In this document: positions 10,819 to 23,518 of the stretch, in pieces
How positions within the stretch are numbered: the first letter of the stretch is position 1
How the letters are laid out: each line of letters opens with the position of its first letter
From: a virus
Lineage: Duplodnaviria > Caudoviricetes
IMG/VR virus record: IMGVR_UViG_3300037067_022020
Span: 89,061 to 153,060 of that record
Direction: 5' to 3' (one strand)
DNA length: 64,000 nt
Notes under the pieces: model-generated
Told to the model about the DNA's origin: nothing
The model's database searches: none
The model's input: the letters and a program-made list of their open reading frames with translations, nothing else
Position numbers and translations under genes: made by a program

Positions 10819-11421
10819 ATGCTAATCGGTCTTTCTGGGAAAATTGGAAGCGGTAAAAATACAGCTGCTAATTATTTTGCAAAATATTGTAAGCAAAAAT
10901 ATCCAAATGTAGTTCATCATTATTTTGCATTCAAATTAAAACAAATTGTAGAAATACTTACTGGAATTAAGATGAAACAATCTTTTTCTGATAATTATTT
11001 TTCAAATGGTATTACTGATTTTACTAATGAAGATAAAAATATATTTATTCCTGAATTTAATGCGACTATTGGTCAACTATTGCAAATAATTGGAACAAAT
11101 GTTTTTCGTGATAATTTTGATCGTGAAGTTTGGATCAAATCTCTTTTTGTAGATTATGATACTTATGAAAAAAATAATTCCCTCTGGATTATTACAGATG
11201 TCCGATTTACCAATGAAGCAACAGCAATAAAAGATTTTAAGGGAGTATTAGTAAGAATAAATCGAAATGAAGACAAATCAGACAATTCTTCAGCAAGAGA
11301 CAAAAATCACCCATCAGAAATAGCCCTGGATAATTATGAGAAATTTGACTATATTATAAATAATAATGGAACTTTAGAAGAGTTAGAAAATAAAATAAAA
11401 CAAATAGTTACCAAACTTTAA
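10819..11421 (+). CDS. Deoxynucleoside monophosphate kinase
   Basis: GLSGKIGSGK P-loop, LLQIIGT, ITDVRF.NE, HPSE. Confidence 0.85.
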   Translation: MLIGLSGKIGSGKNTAANYFAKYCKQKYPNVVHHYFAFKLKQIVEILTGIKMKQSFSDNYFSNGITDFTNEDKNIFIPEFNATIGQLLQIIGTNVFRDNFDREVWIKSLFVDYDTYEKNNSLWIITDVRFTNEATAIKDFKGVLVRINRNEDKSDNSSARDKNHPSEIALDNYEKFDYIINNNGTLEELENKIKQIVTKL

Positions 11422-11427
11422 ATTTAC

Positions 11428-12804
11428 GTGGAAGAAAAACTTCATAAACTTACCGAAGAGCAACAAGAAGCTTTTAATAAAATAATAAATTTTTTAAATG
11501 ACCCGAACCAAAGATTATTTCTTCTTTCAGGTTTCGCGGGCACAGGAAAAACATTCCTTATAATTAGATTAGTAGAACATCTTTGTTCCGATATATCAAA
11601 TCGGATTCTTATCTGTGCTACAACCAATAAATCAGTAAAGGTTTTAAGAAAGGAAATTAAACAATTATATCTTAATGCCAACTTTTCTACTATTCATTCA
11701 GCTTTGGGGTTACGTGAGCATATTGATGGTTACGGAAAAATATCATTTCGCCCCGATAAATTAATGAAAAATAAAGTATCAGGAACTAACATTTTGTTTA
11801 TTGATGAGAGTTCGATGCTTGATGACCAACTTTTCTATTTTTTGCTTTCAGAATTAAATAGTAATAAAAAACTAAAAATTATTTTTTGTGGTGATGAAGC
11901 ACAAATACCACCAATAAATAAATTGGATTCGATACCATTTTCAAAAGAAAATCAAAAGAAATATAATATTGGAGTTACAAAATTAAATAATATTATTAGA
12001 CAAGAAGATGGACATCCTATAATAGAATTATCAGATTTTGTCAGAAAAAATTTATTAGAACAAAATATATTTAATAAATTTGAAAGAGGAAAAATTGAAT
12101 CAAAAAATGGAACAGTTTATTTTTTAGAATTTAAAGAAGATCAAGATAGACTCATATTACTATTAGAAGAACTTTTCTGTTCTGAAAATTTTAAGCAAGA
12201 TGCTGATCATGTAAAGATATTATCCTGGACTAATGCTACGGTTAATATGTACAATGATTTGATTAGATCAATGATCTTCGGTGAGAATTTACCAAAAATT
12301 GTAAAAGGTGAAAAATTGATTCTTGATTCTCCCTGGGTTGTGAATAAAAAAGTAGTCTTTGCAACTAATGAAGAATTAGAAGTTATTGATTATACGATAA
12401 GAAAATTAAGTATTCCTGGTTATCCAGCGATGAAATATTATGATTGTAAAGTTTTTGTTGAAATAGATGGAAAAAAAATAAAAAGTGATATTAAAATAAT
12501 GCACGAACAAAGTGAAAAACTATATAATACACATTTAAATAATTTACTTAAATTAGCAAAAAAAGAAAAACAAGGGACTTTTAAAGCTGCTAATGCATGG
12601 AAAGCTTTTTATCACTTTCAAGAAATATTTGCACATGTAAAATTTAATTATTGCCTAACCGCTCATAAAAGCCAAGGATCTACGTATAATAATTGTTTTA
12701 TAATTCTTGAAGACGTCGAAAAAAATAAAAAAATTGCAGAAAAAAATCGAATTTTATATACAAGTATAACACGTCCAAAAAACAATTTATTTATTATAAG
12801 ATAA
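11428..12804 (+). CDS. dda: Dda/RecD-like SF1B DNA helicase
   Basis: GFAGTGKT, IDESSM, GDEAQIPP, IIRQ, TAHKSQGSTY, YTSITR. Confidence 0.85.
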   Translation: MEEKLHKLTEEQQEAFNKIINFLNDPNQRLFLLSGFAGTGKTFLIIRLVEHLCSDISNRILICATTNKSVKVLRKEIKQLYLNANFSTIHSALGLREHIDGYGKISFRPDKLMKNKVSGTNILFIDESSMLDDQLFYFLLSELNSNKKLKIIFCGDEAQIPPINKLDSIPFSKENQKKYNIGVTKLNNIIRQEDGHPIIELSDFVRKNLLEQNIFNKFERGKIESKNGTVYFLEFKEDQDRLILLLEELFCSENFKQDADHVKILSWTNATVNMYNDLIRSMIFGENLPKIVKGEKLILDSPWVVNKKVVFATNEELEVIDYTIRKLSIPGYPAMKYYDCKVFVEIDGKKIKSDIKIMHEQSEKLYNTHLNNLLKLAKKEKQGTFKAANAWKAFYHFQEIFAHVKFNYCLTAHKSQGSTYNNCFIILEDVEKNKKIAEKNRILYTSITRPKNNLFIIR

Positions 12805-12809
12805 TTTTA

Positions 12810-12841
12810 TTTAAAAAAAATAATTTTTGTAATATATATAA
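12810..12841 (+). promoter_or_regulatory. Class 2 putative phage (late/middle) promoter
   Basis: TTTAAAAAAAA-N11-ATATATAT, motif repeated at several loci. Confidence 0.45.
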
Positions 12842-12919
12842 TATGATGAGTTGCCAATTATTTGGAATTCATCAAAATTAAGTTAATTCATTTAATTAAT
12901 CATTAAAAAGGAGGTCATT

Positions 12920-13396
12920 ATGACAAAAACAAGTTTAGTAAAAATCATTCCTGAAGCTCGAGAGGAGTTTTTGACTCCATTTTCAAGTATCTTTGATAGG
13001 TTCTTGTCCCAAACATTTCCCGATTTTTCTCAGGAATTTGGGATTGATATTCAAAAAATGAATTCATTTCCAAAATGTAATATCGAAGATCAACCCGAAA
13101 AACTTATTATTGAAGCGGAAATTCCGGGGCTATCAAAGGAAGATGTAAAAATTATCATCAAAAACAACATGCTTAGTATTAAAGGTGAAAAGAAAAAAAT
13201 AACTGAAGAATCAAATGAAGATAAAAAATTCATTTTAAAAGAACTTAAACATAGTTCTTTTATGAGATCATTTAAACTTAATGATAATTTAGATCTCGAT
13301 TCTATTGATGCTTCATTTGAAAATGGGATACTAAAAATAAATATTCCAAAAAAAGATCCAGTTAAAGATACTTTTACTGAAATTAAAATTACATAA
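12920..13396 (+). CDS. Small heat-shock protein (Hsp20/alpha-crystallin)
   Basis: AEIPGLSKED, LSIKGEK, F.RSFKL, ASFENGILKINIPK; preceded by AGGAGG. Confidence 0.9.
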   Translation: MTKTSLVKIIPEAREEFLTPFSSIFDRFLSQTFPDFSQEFGIDIQKMNSFPKCNIEDQPEKLIIEAEIPGLSKEDVKIIIKNNMLSIKGEKKKITEESNEDKKFILKELKHSSFMRSFKLNDNLDLDSIDASFENGILKINIPKKDPVKDTFTEIKIT

Positions 13397-13411
13397 AAAT
13401 GGAAATAAGTT

Positions 13412-13447
13412 AAAGGGCAGAAAGTGATCATTCTGCCCTTTATTTTT
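13412..13447 (+). terminator. Rho-independent terminator
   Basis: AAAGGGCAGAA..TTCTGCCCTTT followed by T tract. Confidence 0.8.
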
Positions 13448-13683
13448 AATTCTTATACATTATTCAGATGAATGAAGGAAAAATAATTTGGAAAGCTATA
13501 GATACTAATGGTAATAAAGTAATTGGTAAAGGTACTTCTGAATTTAATAAACAACTTCTTAATAATTTATTAAATATATATCAAAATCCTTATCATACTG
13601 TTGTTCTTGAGTTATTTGATATAGGTTGTACTGAAAGAATTGGGATATTATCGGATCAATCATTTAATTGCAAGTAATTTATT

Positions 13684-13715
13684 TTTGAATTATTCAAAAA
13701 TTTTTATTAATTTTA
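13684..13715 (+). promoter_or_regulatory. Class 1 promoter
   Basis: TTTG-N20-TAATTTTA. Confidence 0.7.
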
Positions 13716-13747
13716 TAACCGAAATTATTAACAAAAAATTGAAAATT

Positions 13748-14974
13748 ATGAAAAAATTGTTATCATTAGTATTATTTTTAATTATTCCATTCTTTACTAT
13801 ATCACAAAATATATTAAGAGAAATGGTTGTCTTAGAAATTGCCACAGGAACATGGTGTCAATGGTGTCCTTCAGCTGCAAGGGGCGCTGAAGATCTTTTA
13901 TCAAATGGAAAATATGTTGCTGTGGTAGAAAATCATAATGGAGATGCTTATGCAAATGTATTTTCGAATTCAAGAAATTCTTATTATAATGTTACAGGTT
14001 ATCCAACTGCTAAATTTGACGGAATTATAACATCGTCAGGAGGAAATACTGGAAGTATGTATAATAAATATCTTATTAAATATAATTCGCGCATAAATAT
14101 ATTATCTTATATTCAACTCGACGCAGTTATAACAAATCAAGGAATAAATTATTCTGCTATTATAACAGCATCAAGAATTGGTACCACATCTATCACTAAT
14201 ACTAAATTACATTTATTTATTACTGAATCAAATATTCCGTGTAATTGGTTTGGTCAATCATATGTTCATCATGTAAATCGACTTATGGTTCCTGATAAAA
14301 ACGGTACTTTTATTGATTTTTCTACAAATAATATTCAAACAGTAACATTAAATTGGATTATGGACGCTCAATGGAATATTGAAAATTGTGAATTTGTAAT
14401 TATGATTCAAGATGCTACTACTTCAAAAGAAATCTTTAATGGTATGAAACGAGGAGCCATAGATTTATCAGTTAATTTTACAGCAAGTGACACAGTAACA
14501 TATAAGAATAATCCTATTTTATTTACAAATAATACTTTTGGTGGATATATTGGGGAAGTACCAATAACATATGAATGGATCTTTGAAGGAGGAACCCCAT
14601 CTACTTCGATTGAAAAAAATCCAACTATTATTTATAATGAATTTGGATTACATTCTGTCACTTTAATTGTTAATAAAGGTGGCCAAATAGATACGTTAAC
14701 AAAAAATAATTATATAAAAATTGATCCTCCTGTTGGTTATGATAATAAAAATAATAAAGCAATTATTTTTCAAAATCCAAATAATGGAAAATTTACTATT
14801 GAAAAAAGTGGGTTATTTAATATTAAAATTTATAACACAGCTGGGTTAATTTTATATGAAAAAAATAACTGCATAGCTTCTGAAATAATCAATTTAAACG
14901 AAAATCCGGGATTATATTTTATTTGCATTGAAGATAGATATAACAATAAAATTGAAAAACTCATTATAAATTAA
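13748..14974 (+). CDS. Omp28-related protein with PKD domain and T9SS type-A C-terminal domain
   Basis: Likely start MKKLLSLV (signal peptide, just after promoter); TGTWCQWCP, GYPT, PKD (WIFEGGTP..NP..Y..G.HSVTL), CTD (NPNNGKFTI..IYN..G..GLYF..EKLII). Confidence 0.75.
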   Translation: MKKLLSLVLFLIIPFFTISQNILREMVVLEIATGTWCQWCPSAARGAEDLLSNGKYVAVVENHNGDAYANVFSNSRNSYYNVTGYPTAKFDGIITSSGGNTGSMYNKYLIKYNSRINILSYIQLDAVITNQGINYSAIITASRIGTTSITNTKLHLFITESNIPCNWFGQSYVHHVNRLMVPDKNGTFIDFSTNNIQTVTLNWIMDAQWNIENCEFVIMIQDATTSKEIFNGMKRGAIDLSVNFTASDTVTYKNNPILFTNNTFGGYIGEVPITYEWIFEGGTPSTSIEKNPTIIYNEFGLHSVTLIVNKGGQIDTLTKNNYIKIDPPVGYDNKNNKAIIFQNPNNGKFTIEKSGLFNIKIYNTAGLILYEKNNCIASEIINLNENPGLYFICIEDRYNNKIEKLIIN

Positions 14975-14982
14975 AAAAACAA

Positions 14983-16383
14983 ATGAAAAAAATAGTTACA
15001 TTTATTTTTAGTTTCGTGATTATCCTTGGGTATAGTCAAACCCCCCCATCTAGTATTTTTCATACTAATCTCCCCCCAGCAATTGAACAAGTCAATGGCT
15101 TATGTGCACCGACAGCCGCAGCTTATTTTGCTGGTTGGTGGAAAGCTTATAATGACGGATGGATTTTTTCTGAAAATGATTCTGTTGATAATTTATCACA
15201 TCAAATGAATCCGGTGTTTAATTACATTTTTATTCATCCAGCCGGTACTTCGACTGGAACAAGCCCAGCAATAATTTTAAAACATATTTCGGAACAGGGG
15301 TCAATTAGCATGAAAGATTTTCCATATGATAAAAACATTATCCCGCCAATGCCTGATTTGGAAATAAGATATAAAGCTCTCGAAAATAGAACAGGAGGAA
15401 GTTTTCATGAATCATGGTCAAAAGATAGTGCTAAATATTGGTTACAAAATACACCAATACTTGGTCAATTCCAGCCAGGATCTAATGGTTCACATTGTGT
15501 TTTAATATGTGGATATGATGACACTCATCTTTTTTCAGATGGAAGAGTTGGGGGATGGTGGATAGAAAATTCTGCAGGGAAATCTTGGGGGGAAAATGGA
15601 TTTGGTTGGGTTCCATATTCTGGGGAAAATAGTATGTATTATTTTGCCGCCTTGAAATTTAATCAAATCAATGTTCTTCCAAAATATGCTGTTCATATGA
15701 TATCTAATTTATATAGTTTACCCGCAGATACAATTGGGGTGGGACATAAATTATTATATAATATTCCTGATACATGTAAAACATTAAAATTCGATTTTGT
15801 TAAAAATGGAGATACACTTAAATCTATTGAATATAAAGTTTGGCCTATAACTGGAAATTATTTATTTTCAATAGATACTTTACTAGAACTATATAATTAT
15901 GACGAATTAATTATAACTTGCTCGTATCAATTATGGCTAAAGAAAACTTATACTCCTCCAGCCAACATGATTATTGACTCTTTAAATATGGTTGACAATA
16001 ATGGAAATAACTTTGAAATGCAATTTTTTACTAATAATACAAATCTAATTTTGGATTCGACACAAACAAAAAGATTATATTATTCAAAAATAACTGCTAT
16101 TACCAATGTTACAACAGTAAATATAAATCAGGAGGTTAAAGAAGATAATAATGTTAATATATATCCAAATCCAGTTTATAACGGAAAACAAGCTAATATA
16201 TCTTTTTCAACTTTAAATAACTATATAATATATGTCATGGATATGAGTGGTAAAGTAATCTTAACAAAATATATAATTAATGCAAATAAAGCAGTAATTG
16301 ATTGTAATTTTCCAAGCGGAATTTATATAATAAATATTACTGGCAATAATCATGAAATTACTAAAAAATTAATTGTTTTATGA
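14983..16383 (+). CDS. Papain-like (C1) cysteine peptidase with T9SS C-terminal domain
   Basis: Signal peptide; Q..GLC, HCVLICGYDD, ENSAGKSWG..G; CTD IYPNP..DMSGK..SGIYII..TKKLIVL. Confidence 0.8.
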   Translation: MKKIVTFIFSFVIILGYSQTPPSSIFHTNLPPAIEQVNGLCAPTAAAYFAGWWKAYNDGWIFSENDSVDNLSHQMNPVFNYIFIHPAGTSTGTSPAIILKHISEQGSISMKDFPYDKNIIPPMPDLEIRYKALENRTGGSFHESWSKDSAKYWLQNTPILGQFQPGSNGSHCVLICGYDDTHLFSDGRVGGWWIENSAGKSWGENGFGWVPYSGENSMYYFAALKFNQINVLPKYAVHMISNLYSLPADTIGVGHKLLYNIPDTCKTLKFDFVKNGDTLKSIEYKVWPITGNYLFSIDTLLELYNYDELIITCSYQLWLKKTYTPPANMIIDSLNMVDNNGNNFEMQFFTNNTNLILDSTQTKRLYYSKITAITNVTTVNINQEVKEDNNVNIYPNPVYNGKQANISFSTLNNYIIYVMDMSGKVILTKYIINANKAVIDCNFPSGIYIINITGNNHEITKKLIVL

Positions 16384-16390
16384 TAATATA

Positions 16391-16422
16391 TTTGAATTAT
16401 TCAAATTTTTTTATTAATTTTA
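16391..16422 (+). promoter_or_regulatory. Class 1 promoter
   Basis: TTTG-N20-TAATTTTA. Confidence 0.7.
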
Positions 16423-16483
16423 TACTTGTAAATTAAATCATTTTCCAATAACGCATAATCAATAACAATTCAAAATTATTCAT

Positions 16484-17035
16484 ATGGAAAAAATAGCAAT
16501 TAAATGTTCAGATAGTTTTTGTGGGCAAAAATTAATTGACGCTTTAATTAAAAGAGGAGGAATAAATAAGCAACATCTTAATGGTGACATCGTCAATTAT
16601 TATTACTATATTAATGACCAGGGAACTATTATCTGCGATGGATTTCTCCCCAAGTCATATAAACAAATCAACGATCCAAGTGAATCGGAAGATCCCCAAT
16701 ATGGTGAATTAGTTGAGGTAAGTGATAACGGATATGTATGGCAAAAAAGGACTTTTTGCACAAAAACGAATGATAATAAATTCATGTGTAATGCTTATTA
16801 TGGCAACATAGAAAATAATTATATGGACGAAGGAGTTAGGAATGTTAAGATATGGAAATATTGCCGTAAAATCAAAAAAAATGTATATGAGCCAAAAAAA
16901 CTTCAACTAAATTCAGAATATACAGCTGTTATTCATAAAGATGAAGTGAAGGTTAATTGTCAGAAATTTACTTTTAATAAAATAAAAGAATTGTGTGAGT
17001 TGATTGAAGAAGCTGAAAATTTTAAGGAAGAATAA
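16484..17035 (+). CDS. Hypothetical protein
   Basis: 183 aa ORF after promoter. Confidence 0.6.
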   Translation: MEKIAIKCSDSFCGQKLIDALIKRGGINKQHLNGDIVNYYYYINDQGTIICDGFLPKSYKQINDPSESEDPQYGELVEVSDNGYVWQKRTFCTKTNDNKFMCNAYYGNIENNYMDEGVRNVKIWKYCRKIKKNVYEPKKLQLNSEYTAVIHKDEVKVNCQKFTFNKIKELCELIEEAENFKEE

Positions 17036-17040
17036 TATAA

Positions 17041-17075
17041 GTAAACAATAATTTTTCATAAAATTAATAAATTAA
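17041..17075 (+). mobile_element. Solo left end of the 33-kb tnpB element family
   Basis: 35 nt identical to 33058-33092, preceded by AATATAA. Confidence 0.65.
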
Positions 17076-17345
17076 TTATAATAATTTTAACACTTAAATT
17101 TATGAGCAAAGCTGGATTTATTGACCAATTTGACAGAACGATGTCAAAATTCGAAAAAATAATCAGAAACAATCCTGGAGGTGTTAATCGGGATTTGACA
17201 TTAAAAGAGCAAATTGAATTTGAGAAAAAACGTAAAATTGAGGAAACTATCGAAAAGAAAAATCCTCCCGCTGAAAAAGATAGATTTATTCAAGTTAGCC
17301 CATTTTTTAATCATGAAGTTTAAAGAAAATTAAAATTAAATAGTT

Positions 17346-19217
17346 ATGTTAGATCTTCAATTACTTGAAGCAAAATATCTTGATGCTAAAGTTGCATATT
17401 ATTCGGGAACACCCATTTTATCAGATGCGGAATTTGATGCGTTAGAAGAAGTTTTAAAGAAAGAAAATTCATTAGTTATCAGACAAGTTGGAACAAAACG
17501 TGGAGAATTCGACTATCCGCATCCATCCCCAATGCTTTCATTAAACAAAATTCAAACGGAAAAACTTTTAAACGATATTGATTTTAAAGAAACAGAATTG
17601 ATTAAATGGGTGGATTCAAAATGTAAAATCCTAAACATTTCTAGTAAAAATATCCTTTTTGAATTTTCTCCAAAATATGATGGTAATGCAATAAATGTTA
17701 TTCATGTTGGTGGAAAGCTACATAAAATTTTATCCCGATCTGATCAAAATTACGGAAAAGATTTAACTGAAAAATTAAGAGAGCATATTCCTAATATTAT
17801 TCCCCAACTCGATCTTACTGATATTTTAGAAACAAGATATGAAGCAGTTTTAGAAAAGGAAATCTTCAATAAAAAATATCTATCAGAAAATTATGCTAAC
17901 CCTAGAAATATTGTTGCCGGAATACTTGGAAGAGATGAAAAATCTAATGATTTAAATGATATTTCATTACAACCCGTCTGCCGATTACTAAATAGTAAAA
18001 ACATATCCATTCCAGAAAATAATGATTTTTTTTATGATTATATTTATAATTATAAAACTATTTTACAAGAATGGATTAATAAAAGAGATTCTTTTAAATA
18101 TCAATTAGACGGAATAGTTATTTCTTTTCCTATTGAATATAGAGAAAAATTAGGAGTAAATGATCATGATCCTGAGTGGAGTATTGCTATTAAATTTATT
18201 CCCGATGTTGCAACAACAACTATAAATGATATCAAATGGTTTGTTGGAAAAACTGGTGAATTAACACCAGTAGGATTACTTAATCCTGTCATTTTAGCTG
18301 GTACAACTGTACAAAGGGTATCATTATATAATCTTGGATATGTAGTAAAAAACAATCTTGGTTCTGGAGCTATGATTTCATTAGCAAAAGCTGGTGATAT
18401 TATTCCTGAAATACAAACCATAATATCCCCCGCAACAGATAATTTAAATATACCTATTAATTGTCCATCTTGTGGAAAAGAGTTAGTTACTAACGATATT
18501 CATTTGGTTTGTGTTAATAATCAATGTAAAGAAAGATTGGTTGGACTATTAAATTATCAAATGAAATTATTGAAACTTAAACGAGTCGGAGAAAAAACCA
18601 TTGAGATTTTTGCTGAAAAAGGATTTGATATTGTTAATTTAATTTATTATGTAAGAAAATTTGGTAATACAAAAGACATCGAAAAATTTGGATTTAAATT
18701 CAGAAGTAGATCATTGGAAATATTTTATAATGCATTTATAAGTATTCAGTCAATCGATTATGATTTAATTCCGATTTTCTTGGGAATAGAAAATGTTGGT
18801 AGAAAAATTTCTAAGCAAATTATGAATTATTATCTTAATGAATCATATGATTTTTCACATCATGAAAGAAATCTAATAGAATTATTTAAAACAAAAGAAA
18901 TAAAAGAAAAAGTATTTGATATAATAAAACTTCTCGAAGAAACTGGAATTAATATCATTTATCCAAATAAAAATATTATGCAAGATAAAAAAGTCACCTT
19001 TGCGGAATTAACTGGCAGTCCAAAAAATGCTGGTTGGAAGACTAAAGAAGAATTTAAGTCTGAAATGAATGTTGAGGAGTATAGTTTATCATCCCCACAA
19101 TGTGAGTATCTTATAACTGATTCTTATGAATCAACCTCTTCAAAAATGAAAGTCGCAAAACAAAAAGGAATTAAAATTATTACTTACTCTGATTTTAAAA
19201 GAAATAAAAATGTCTAA
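17346..19217 (+). CDS. ligA: NAD-dependent DNA ligase
   Basis: YY..SDAEFD, PMLSL, KYDG, NPRN, DGIV, AIKF, VGKTG..P, AGDIIP, CPSC zinc finger, BRCT-like tail. Confidence 0.9.
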   Translation: MLDLQLLEAKYLDAKVAYYSGTPILSDAEFDALEEVLKKENSLVIRQVGTKRGEFDYPHPSPMLSLNKIQTEKLLNDIDFKETELIKWVDSKCKILNISSKNILFEFSPKYDGNAINVIHVGGKLHKILSRSDQNYGKDLTEKLREHIPNIIPQLDLTDILETRYEAVLEKEIFNKKYLSENYANPRNIVAGILGRDEKSNDLNDISLQPVCRLLNSKNISIPENNDFFYDYIYNYKTILQEWINKRDSFKYQLDGIVISFPIEYREKLGVNDHDPEWSIAIKFIPDVATTTINDIKWFVGKTGELTPVGLLNPVILAGTTVQRVSLYNLGYVVKNNLGSGAMISLAKAGDIIPEIQTIISPATDNLNIPINCPSCGKELVTNDIHLVCVNNQCKERLVGLLNYQMKLLKLKRVGEKTIEIFAEKGFDIVNLIYYVRKFGNTKDIEKFGFKFRSRSLEIFYNAFISIQSIDYDLIPIFLGIENVGRKISKQIMNYYLNESYDFSHHERNLIELFKTKEIKEKVFDIIKLLEETGINIIYPNKNIMQDKKVTFAELTGSPKNAGWKTKEEFKSEMNVEEYSLSSPQCEYLITDSYESTSSKMKVAKQKGIKIITYSDFKRNKNV

Positions 19218-20804
19218 ATTAATTGGAAGAAAATTTTCATCTCGATCATTTGAAAAACAAACTTTAGATTCTTATCGCGAAGGATTTAATTTATATCTTA
19301 AAGACCAAAGTATATTTTTTAAAACTATTGATCAATATATGAAGATCTTTGATAAAGTATTTACTACATCAAATATTATCACTTATCATAATTTAAAAAT
19401 ACCACAAGTTAAAACAATCTTAGATCATTATATTAAAGAAAAGAAGATTAAATTAATAACTGAATAACTATGAAATCATTCTTATTTACCTTCTTCTTCG
19501 TATTTTTATCTTTATCGGGATTCTCACAAAAAATATTTGTCACCTTAAATAAATATGAAGCTGATGAAATTGTATTTATAACTGATAATAAATATGAAAG
19601 TGATTTAATTGTATATGTTACATCGGATCAATATTCTGTAAAAAAGGATTTTAATTCTGGAATTTGGTTTTTTACAAGAGATAAATATTCTTGCGATTAT
19701 AAAATTTATTTTACAAGAGATAAATATGACTCAACAAAAATAATTTTTTATACTGATAATAAATTTTCAGCTGGAAAACGATAGTTATTATTTTAATTTG
19801 ATTAAAACAAAGATGAAAATACAAGAAATTAAAAATAAAATGTTACAATGGCGTGATTTTTATGGTCAGGACATCGCAGACACCAAAAGGATTAAAAATG
19901 CAAAAGCAAAAGAAGATTTGCATTGTATTTTAAGTGACCACGTAAGTTTTCTTGAAGATCAAAACAATGACGCTATCCGTCATACGGAAGAATTTGAAAG
20001 AAAACTTGGATTATATTAAAATAAAAAGATTGATATATGAAAGCAATAGATTATTTTATTGAACAACTCAAAGGTGTAGATAATAAAATACCTAAAGAAG
20101 TAACCCAGGAAACTTGTGTTAAACTAATGGAAGAATATTCCTGTCGAAAATCAATTGAATTTACCGAGTGGATGAAAAGAAACAACTGGCAGCCTGATTA
20201 TAGATTTAATGGTGATTGGATTAATCTTTTGACATTGAAGAAAAATGGAACTGTTGAACTTTATGAACAATTTAATGAACCTATTAAAAAGTAATGTTAT
20301 GACAGCAATTGATTTATACAAGTTTATTACAGAAAACGATATTGAATTTCATTGGGTCGATGATGAAGTTTTTATGTTTGTTTATATTTTTGATATCGAT
20401 GAGTTTTATAAATTATTTACCTCGACGATATTTGATGATGAAGGAATAACGTGTACCATGAAATACGGATATTTCTGTTTCAAAATGAAAGATATCTGCG
20501 AATATTATGGAATAGATTTAACAGAAGTTTTTAAAAACGAAAATTAATGAAGTCAAAAACAAAAAAATCTATTATACTAAAAATATTTGAAGAAGCTCCT
20601 TGGATTATAGGGGATGATAATAAAAAAAAATTAAAAATATTATCCTATGAAATGTTTTTAAATGCTGGATTATCACCAACAATAGAATATGGAGAAAAAT
20701 ATTGTGATATTATATATGCAAGAAATATATTTAATCAAATGGGGTATTCGGTTTTAATTGGTAGGGCGATGTATATTCAAGAAAAATATTTAATCAACCA
20801 ATAA
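19210..20804 (+). other. Cluster of small hypothetical early ORFs
   Basis: Tightly packed 73-104 aa ORFs. Confidence 0.55.
19470..19784 (+). CDS. Secreted short-repeat protein (Bacteroidota-type)
   Basis: Signal peptide; repeats of VFxTDNKYxAD. Confidence 0.5.
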   Translation: MKSFLFTFFFVFLSLSGFSQKIFVTLNKYEADEIVFITDNKYESDLIVYVTSDQYSVKKDFNSGIWFFTRDKYSCDYKIYFTRDKYDSTKIIFYTDNKFSAGKR

Positions 20805-20850
20805 TGGAGAGTTAAAAATCAAAAGAAAATAAATTTGAATCATTCAGAAA
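20786..20850 (+). repeat. Direct repeat copy 1 (with degenerate class 1 promoter)
   Basis: ATATTTAATCAACCAATAATGGAGAGTTAAAAA identical to 22470-22502. Confidence 0.8.
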
Positions 20851-20880
20851 AGTTTATTTAACTATTTAAAATAATTTATT

Positions 20881-21158
20881 ATGAAAAAAGAAGAAAGAAT
20901 TAATCGTATTATTGCACGTGGTGAGGTTTCAGATCATTGCCACGTATTAATTGGAGAATGTATTGTTACTGAAAATTCAGTAAAAGTAACAGGAAAATGT
21001 GCTATACGGCATCTGGTTGAATCCCAATGGACGGAATCAGGAGTAGAGGAGTGGACAAAAGAACACAAAGATATTCCTCTTGAAAAAGGAGAATATAGTA
21101 TTATAAACCAAGTGGAATTCGATCCACTTGAAAAATTAACAAGAAAAGTCATTGATTA

Positions 21159-21159
<1 letters not shown>
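20881..21159 (+). CDS. His-rich small protein, partner of the QV-repeat protein
   Basis: ARGEVSDHCH..HL..EH..IPL..G.Y..Q.E; TAATG overlap with next gene. Confidence 0.6.
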
Positions 21160-22469
<1,310 letters not shown>

Positions 22470-22499
<30 letters not shown>

Positions 22500-22550
22500 A
22501 AAATCGAAAAAAAATAAATTTGAATTGATCAGAATTTTTTATTAATTTTA
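22470..22550 (+). repeat. Direct repeat copy 2 with class 1 promoter (22519-22550)
   Basis: Matches 20786-20850; TTTG-N20-TAATTTTA. Confidence 0.8.
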
Positions 22551-22568
22551 TACTTTAATTAAAGATTA

Positions 22569-23048
22569 ATGAAAAATATACAATATAGAAATATAATTGA
22601 TTCGCTTTTACTTGAAAATAAAATTAAAGTAAAAAAGTTTAGATCGTCCAATTCGGGAAAGGCTTTTCTTAAAACAAGAGAAGTTGAAATTCCCGACCCC
22701 AAAAATCCTGGATATTTTGTAACAGCTTTACATGAAGTTGGTCATATTTTATATGATAAAAAATCATATCCTCTTTGGAAATCTGAATATATTGCTACTA
22801 AATATGCTAATGATTTTTGTAAACAGTTTAATATTGAATTACCCGAAAAAGTAATTAACCATTCAAAATTTTATTTAAAATCCTGTATTTGTAAAGGATT
22901 AATAAGGGGATTAAATATTGATAATATCGACGATGAAATTTTGAAATATGTTAATATTGAGAAAAAATATTGGAAAAAACTCTTAAATAATAATTATAAA
23001 CCATTTGCTTATCGCGATACAGGCGATGTTAAGTGGTATAAAAAATAA
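22569..23048 (+). CDS. HExxH zincin-like protein
   Basis: ALHEVGH..E..A. Confidence 0.55.
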   Translation: MKNIQYRNIIDSLLLENKIKVKKFRSSNSGKAFLKTREVEIPDPKNPGYFVTALHEVGHILYDKKSYPLWKSEYIATKYANDFCKQFNIELPEKVINHSKFYLKSCICKGLIRGLNIDNIDDEILKYVNIEKKYWKKLLNNNYKPFAYRDTGDVKWYKK

Positions 23049-23518
23049 AATATAATGAAAAAGTTTCTGAAATCGTTTGGGGAATTAAGTTTCGAAACTG
23101 TTACATGGTATATAAAATTTCTTGGAAGAACAAGAATTTTTATAATTATTTTGATTCTAATTCTAATAACATTATTTGAGATAATAAAATATTTCCGATG
23201 AGAAAAGAATCATTAAAAACTAGATGTAAACGTTGGATCGGATCAATAACAAGATCTGATAGATATACATGGACTTTATTAATGAGTGCTGATTTTTCCT
23301 GGTTTCCAAATTTGGTTGAAACCCGAATAAATAAAAAAATTGAGGATTGGAAAAAATGTATTGACCTGGCCAACGATGAAGAATTAGAAAAATTATGGCA
23401 TGAAATTGAAGAATATAGAATAAGAAAAATATATGAAAAATAATTTTCATTCATACTTACAGTGGGTTGATATCCCGATTACAATTAACGCTAAAGTAAT
23501 ATTAAAAAAAAATAAAAC

